Assembly (NCBI GenBank): GCA_015064555.1
Contig: SVRZ01000005.1
Span: forward strand, 17,619-81,618
Direction: 5' to 3'
DNA: 64,000 bases
From: Oscillospiraceae bacterium
Lineage (GTDB): Bacteria > Bacillota > Clostridia > Oscillospirales > CAG-272
Made by a program: the position numbers and the translations under genes. Each line of letters begins with the position of its first letter. Positions within the stretch are counted from its first letter, which is position 1. Below the pieces are notes generated by a model that had not been told where the DNA came from, ran no database searches, and worked only from the letters and a program-made list of their open reading frames with translations. Of this stretch, positions 59,567 to 64,000 are shown in pieces.

Positions 59567-59944
59567 TTAAAAATACGGTCCACACAAATCGCATTCGTGC
59601 GTTTTTATGTATGTCCAGGAATAATCCTTTGCAACCACGTAAAATTCAACAGTCCATTTATCAATTTTCTCAGCGGTGTTATACCTAGCCGGCAACCTAT
59701 CCTTAACTCCCTCTGTACCGTATTCGTCACAGCAAATGACTTCACTTTTATCTGCCGCGTCGAATGCTTGTCTGGCATCGTTACCTACTAAAAGATTTTC
59801 GTTTCTAATATGCTCCCAAGAGAAAACGTGCCAAATGAACTGCCCTTTTACATGTTCTTCGATATCCCTTTTGTCGACATCTTTTGCAAAATGACGTAAC
59901 CATTGATTCTTGAATCTTTCTTTTGACATTGAAAATTTAGCCAC
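59567..59944 (-). CDS. hypothetical cytoplasmic protein, 125 aa (possibly DUF4275-like)
   Basis: An intact ORF closely packed behind the upstream gene. The family guess comes from the W..HVFSW......L.G..A...F pattern only. Confidence 0.5.
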   Translation of the reverse strand: MAKFSMSKERFKNQWLRHFAKDVDKRDIEEHVKGQFIWHVFSWEHIRNENLLVGNDARQAFDAADKSEVICCDEYGTEGVKDRLPARYNTAEKIDKWTVEFYVVAKDYSWTYIKTHECDLCGPYF

Positions 59945-59948
59945 AAAA

Positions 59949-60320
59949 TCACCTTCTTCTCTTTAATTTACTTCTCGTCAAGTCATAACTAATACCAAGA
60001 AGCCAGGAGATTGTATTATCATCACACTCTGAAAGCGCAACGGTCAACCAGTGCGTTTTATTCATGTGATAAGCACGGTAGATACCCGGCTCAATCCCTG
60101 CAAGTGATTCAATTACCTCCGGAGCGCACTTCAGATTAACTACGTCGATCTTTTCGTCCCCATCGTGACCTATTTTCCTTTCCCCTATATTCATCGCAAG
60201 TGCAAACCACTTGCCACTCTCGTGGCGAAAAACTCCGGTCTCAAAATCCTCTTCAAAAGGATAATCTGCTCTTATGCTGTATGTATCAAAGACAAGCTCT
60301 TCAAATTCTTTACGAGTCAT
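59949..60320 (-). CDS. MmcQ/YjbR-family DNA-binding protein, 123 aa
   Basis: YPFEEDFETGVFRH..SGKWFAL........IDVVNLKC.P.....L....GI..AYHMNK.HW.TV.L is characteristic of YjbR-like proteins. Confidence 0.8.
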   Translation of the reverse strand: MTRKEFEELVFDTYSIRADYPFEEDFETGVFRHESGKWFALAMNIGERKIGHDGDEKIDVVNLKCAPEVIESLAGIEPGIYRAYHMNKTHWLTVALSECDDNTISWLLGISYDLTRSKLKRRR

Positions 60321-60524
60321 AAAATCCCCCCAAAAAATCTTGATGAGACCATTATATCACAAAATATGCTCTCGTTCAATATTTACAAGAATATTGCCTT
60401 TTGCTTTTGTGTTCCAAAAGGTTGACAAATCTCCAAAATAGATGTATAATATAGTGCGCAAAAGCGAACGGTAATACAGTTCGCACTTGCGAATAATACA
60501 AAACGCCTGTTTGAGAGGTTAAAA

Positions 60525-61759
60525 ATGGATCATATAAGCATAGATGAAGCCGCTAAAAAATGGGGGCTTTCAAAAAGATTTGTACAGGTTCTCTGTGCTA
60601 ACGGAAGAATAGAAGGTGCAATGCGCTTCGGGCGCGCCTGGATGATTCCGAAGAACGCGAAGAAGCCTATCGACGGTAGAACGAAGGCGGCAAGAGCTGA
60701 GAACGATGCCGATATGCCCCTTCCCCGCAAAACCCCGTTTCTCTATATGAGTGACCTGTACAACACTCCCGGAACTGCCGATAAGGTTGGTGAAAGTCTT
60801 GCATATAACCACGAGGCCGAGGTTCTTTTCAAGGCTGAGGTTGCCTACTCTCGCGGTGAGATAGATAGGGTTTACGATATCGCAAACTACCTTCTCGGAA
60901 AGCACTCGGGATTTTACGCAGTTCTTTCCGCAGGTATGCTCCTTGCGCAGTGCGCAATATGGAAGGGTGACATCAATATGTGGCGTAAAGCGAAGGTACA
61001 TATCGCCGAAGCACCCGCGAAGAGCGACCTTGACCGTGATGCTATGCAGCTTGCCATAAGTGCCGTAGATACTATGCTATATAACGTAGAAAACTTTCCG
61101 AAATGGTTCAAAAAAGGCAGTTTTGAGCCTCTTCATAAGGATGCATACCCGGCAGCAAAGGTGTATTACGCTAAATATTTGTACGCCTTCGGTTACGCTG
61201 TGGCAATGGGACTTCACAGAGTGAAAGGAACAGAGGGCCTTTATATCATGTCCGTAATCTCTTATGCAGTCGAGCCGATGATCTCTTGGGCGAGACCAAT
61301 AATACGGTTATGTCCGAGATATATTTGCGACTTACCTGTGCCGCGATATACCACAACTGCGGCAAGGAGACGGATGCAATATGCCATATTGATAAAGCAA
61401 TAGCACTCGCTCTGCCCGACAAATTATACGGAGTTCTTGCCGAGTATTGCCGCGCTCTGGATACCCTTATGGAAAAGAGATTGTCCCTTATCTGTGAGGA
61501 TGCTTGGCGTGAAGTCAAAAGGCTCTATAAGATTTATAACGAAGGCTGGTCAAAGCTCTCGGGAACAGTCAGAGGAAGGAAGATTCTGACAACGCTTTCC
61601 GATAAGGAGCGTGAGATAGCAAAGCTCGCAGCCTTCGGAATGACCAATCCCGAGATTGCCGAGAAGCTCCATCTTTCACTCTCGGTCGTTAAGCAAGCGG
61701 TGCGAATCGTATCCGAAAAATCAGGATTGCCGAGGGCGGAATTCGCCGCGATTTTGTAA
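60525..61759 (+). pseudogene. LuxR-family regulator (N-terminal HTH_17-like domain, helical middle, C-terminal LuxR HTH) apparently split by a frameshift near 61.28 kb
   Basis: ORFs 60525..61403 and 61286..61759 overlap by 118 nt in different frames. The second has no credible SD or ATG, and its frame is open back to 61175. The C-terminus LSDKEREIAKLAAFGMTNPEIAEKLHLSLSVVKQAVRIV is a LuxR/GerE HTH. This could be a sequencing error rather than a true pseudogene. Confidence 0.5.
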
Positions 61760-61872
61760 TTTTATATATCCAAAACACGCCTGAAAAGATATATAAATTT
61801 TCCTTTCAAGCTAAAAACGACCTGAAAATCAAACCTAAAAAAGTGATTTTAGGTAATACCACAAACTAAAAT

Positions 61873-61916
61873 AGTCTGCTATACTGTTATCAAAGACAGT
61901 GTAGCAGACTTTTTTT
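61873..61916 (+). terminator. rho-independent terminator
   Basis: AGTCTGCTA-t-ACTGT ... ACAGT-g-TAGCAGACT stem followed by TTTTTTG. Confidence 0.75.
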
Positions 61917-61962
61917 GAAGAAGCTTATTAAAAATTATATTTTGAACAAAGGAAGTGAGATT

Positions 61963-64000
61963 ATGAAAATTTGGAATATGAATTCTTTCTCAAGACACAA
62001 GACGCGGATTTTAGCTTTACTTATCGCAGTAATGCTACCGTTGCTTTTCGCTTGCGCGAAGGACGGTCAGGATAACGGCGGTAATAACGCTCATACTCAC
62101 GCTTACACGGAAAAGCTGCCTTGGTTAGAAGAATCCGTTATTACGGATAGGACCTGTGTACAGGAGGGCGAATACTATTATGTGTGCACCTGTGGAGCGG
62201 TAGGAACGGAAACCTATACCGTAGGCGTTACTCCCCATCAATTCTACGAGCGTATTGAGGATGATGCTCACCTTGCATCCGATGCAACCTGCATTGATCC
62301 GAAACGGTATTATTACGAATGCTCGGAATGCTCTGCAATATCCGATGAACTGACCTTCTTTTCCGGCCACCGCGCAGAGCATAAATACGTTGATAACACC
62401 TGCGTATACGGCTGCGGGGATGAATTGAACAAATACACTCTTTCCGAAAACGAAGAGTACTATACTCTGACAAATTACAGAGAAAATACATCGGTTGTAA
62501 CAGTTCCCCAAAAATACAAGGGGCTGCCCGTTAAAGCCATCGGCGAGCATGCGTTCGGCTCGGTCGATGTCAAAGAGGTTATTTTGCCGTCAAGCGTTGA
62601 TACGATACATGGTCACGCCTTCTATGATCATAAAACATTGGAAAAAATCAACCTGGAATCTGTTGCATATATAGGAGAACACGCATTTTACAACTGCGAG
62701 ATGCTCGCTGAAGCAGATTTAGTCAATGCCGTAACGCTCGGTAAATATTGCTTCAGCGGCGCGGGACTTTCCGAAGTAACTATTCCCGAGGGAGTTATCG
62801 AAATCGGTACAAATGCATTCTCTTTCTGCGGAAAGCTGACAAAAATAAATTACCTGGCTGTAAACTGCGCAGATCTTGAAAACTTAGAGAGCATAGTCAA
62901 AAATCAAGATGCAGGCGCACCTTATATATGCCTTTATATAGGAAATAAGGTAGAAAAAATACCCGACAATATGTTTTCTTATTCAAAGCTCAGCAAAATC
63001 GAATTTGCCCCCGACGGTGTTTGTCATACCATCGGTCAAAGAGCCTTTAACAGCTTTAGCGGTGAAATGCCTCTCGAGCTGACTACAGTAGAAAGCATCG
63101 GTGAGTATGCGTTTGCAAATAGCGGATTAACCGAGCTGACTCTCGGCGGAAAAATAAACGTTGTCGGAAATTCAGCCTTCTCGCATTGTGAAAGGCTGAC
63201 GAAGGTTGTCTTAGCGGCAAACGGAGGCGGGTTTGGCGACCATCTGTTTGCAAGCGGTGCCGATTCTGTTGATATTTATTATCTCCATAACGGTGATGAG
63301 CCTCTCCGCAGAGCTCTGTGGAGCTGCAATGCAGATCTTATCATTGGTAAGGACGTAAAAACAATCCCTGCCAATTTTGAAGAAGGCGGAGTCGTAACCC
63401 TGAGATTTGAAGACGGTGCGTCTGACGTAAGCATCGGAGAAAAGGCTTTTATCTCTTCGGTAAGCGGTGTTCTTGACCTTTCTCCCGTCACATCCATAGG
63501 CTCGCGGGCGTTTTACAGAACAGGTATTGAAGCTCCTCTGACACGAGTTATTATCGGTGAAGATCTTGAAAGCATCGGTGCTTATGCTTTTGGCGAGGTT
63601 CAGGAGGTATTGTTCCTTGCCGAATACTGCGCTGACGTTATAAACTCAGACGCTGCGATTCCCTCAGCCGAAAGTATTACTATAGGAAAAAACGTTAGAA
63701 GAATACCGGGAAGTCTTCTTTACGGCGCGAATGTGAAAAGCATTTCCTTTGAAAGCGGTTCCATTTGTGAAGAAATAGGAGAAAAAGCGTTTTATAACGC
63801 AAAAATACCGGGATTCTCGCTCCCGTCAAGCGTAAAAACCATAGGTGCGTACGCCTTTGAAAATGCAAGCGGTGTTACCGAAAAGCTGGATCTTAACGGC
63901 GTAACGACCTTTGGTGCATATGCATTCAGAGACTATGAGGGAGAAATTGATATAAGCAATTCATCGGCAGCATCGATAGCAAGATACGCGTTCAATGGCG
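61963..64000 (+). CDS. BspA-type leucine-rich-repeat (LRR_5-like) lipoprotein with Cys/His-rich N-terminal knuckles; open-ended at the window edge
   Basis: Own translation from ATG 61963 (GGAAGTGAG upstream) has no stop through 64000. Lipobox LLFAC. It then reads HTHAY...C....YYYVCTCG / C.....YYYECSEC / HKYVDNTCVYCG, followed by many I.IP..V..IG..AF..C..L repeats. Absent from the track because it is open-ended. Confidence 0.8.
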   Translation, partial: MKIWNMNSFSRHKTRILALLIAVMLPLLFACAKDGQDNGGNNAHTHAYTEKLPWLEESVITDRTCVQEGEYYYVCTCGAVGTETYTVGVTPHQFYERIEDDAHLASDATCIDPKRYYYECSECSAISDELTFFSGHRAEHKYVDNTCVYGCGDELNKYTLSENEEYYTLTNYRENTSVVTVPQKYKGLPVKAIGEHAFGSVDVKEVILPSSVDTIHGHAFYDHKTLEKINLESVAYIGEHAFYNCEMLAEADLVNAVTLGKYCFSGAGLSEVTIPEGVIEIGTNAFSFCGKLTKINYLAVNCADLENLESIVKNQDAGAPYICLYIGNKVEKIPDNMFSYSKLSKIEFAPDGVCHTIGQRAFNSFSGEMPLELTTVESIGEYAFANSGLTELTLGGKINVVGNSAFSHCERLTKVVLAANGGGFGDHLFASGADSVDIYYLHNGDEPLRRALWSCNADLIIGKDVKTIPANFEEGGVVTLRFEDGASDVSIGEKAFISSVSGVLDLSPVTSIGSRAFYRTGIEAPLTRVIIGEDLESIGAYAFGEVQEVLFLAEYCADVINSDAAIPSAESITIGKNVRRIPGSLLYGANVKSISFESGSICEEIGEKAFYNAKIPGFSLPSSVKTIGAYAFENASGVTEKLDLNGVTTFGAYAFRDYEGEIDISNSSAASIARYAFNG

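Overview
64-kb chromosomal segment with Gram-positive, Clostridia-like signals: AGGAGG-type Shine-Dalgarno sites, lipoboxes and many TTGACA-17-TATAAT promoters (taxon is inference). All calls rest on reading the sequence and ORF track by eye, with no BLAST or HMM run. Housekeeping and ordinary genes: UPF0210 and ACT/UPF0237 pair, truB, an addA-like helicase-nuclease, a DtxR-family regulator, uxuA, feoAB plus a small Cys-rich partner, a GH2 glycosidase, alaS, bcp, a DMT transporter and a YjbR-like protein. About 21 kb, roughly a third of the window, encodes three paralogous giant secreted proteins of 2217, 1875 and 2788 aa, all on the minus strand. They combine different enzyme-like heads (LamG + metallophosphoesterase + GLUG-like; alpha/beta-hydrolase + Big_5-like; SGNH hydrolase + 4 LamG-like repeats) with 2-4 tandem copies of an unassigned 290-320 aa module starting YGxIPxxY...YPFxxF. 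All three also carry a shared ~270 aa domain. Two of the giants are transcribed divergently from paralogous cupin-AraC regulators. Each of those two is followed immediately by a previously uncalled 42-43 aa acidic peptide gene, and the 3' halves of the two peptide genes are 80/82 nt identical. This AraC / giant protein / mini-peptide cassette is the best candidate for an undescribed system. Other notable items: a probable cobalamin riboswitch driving a DUF4430 lipoprotein and a solitary ECF S-component. A DtxR-type palindrome lies on the feoAB promoter. An AT-rich island holds an orphan RHS-core tip and immunity-like small ORFs. A five-gene membrane protein/ABC/Ig-like lipoprotein operon carries near-identical 258-nt tandem repeats. 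A LuxR-type regulator appears frameshifted, and an open-ended BspA-type LRR lipoprotein sits at the right edge. No rRNA, tRNA, CRISPR array, transposase or integrase was recognised.
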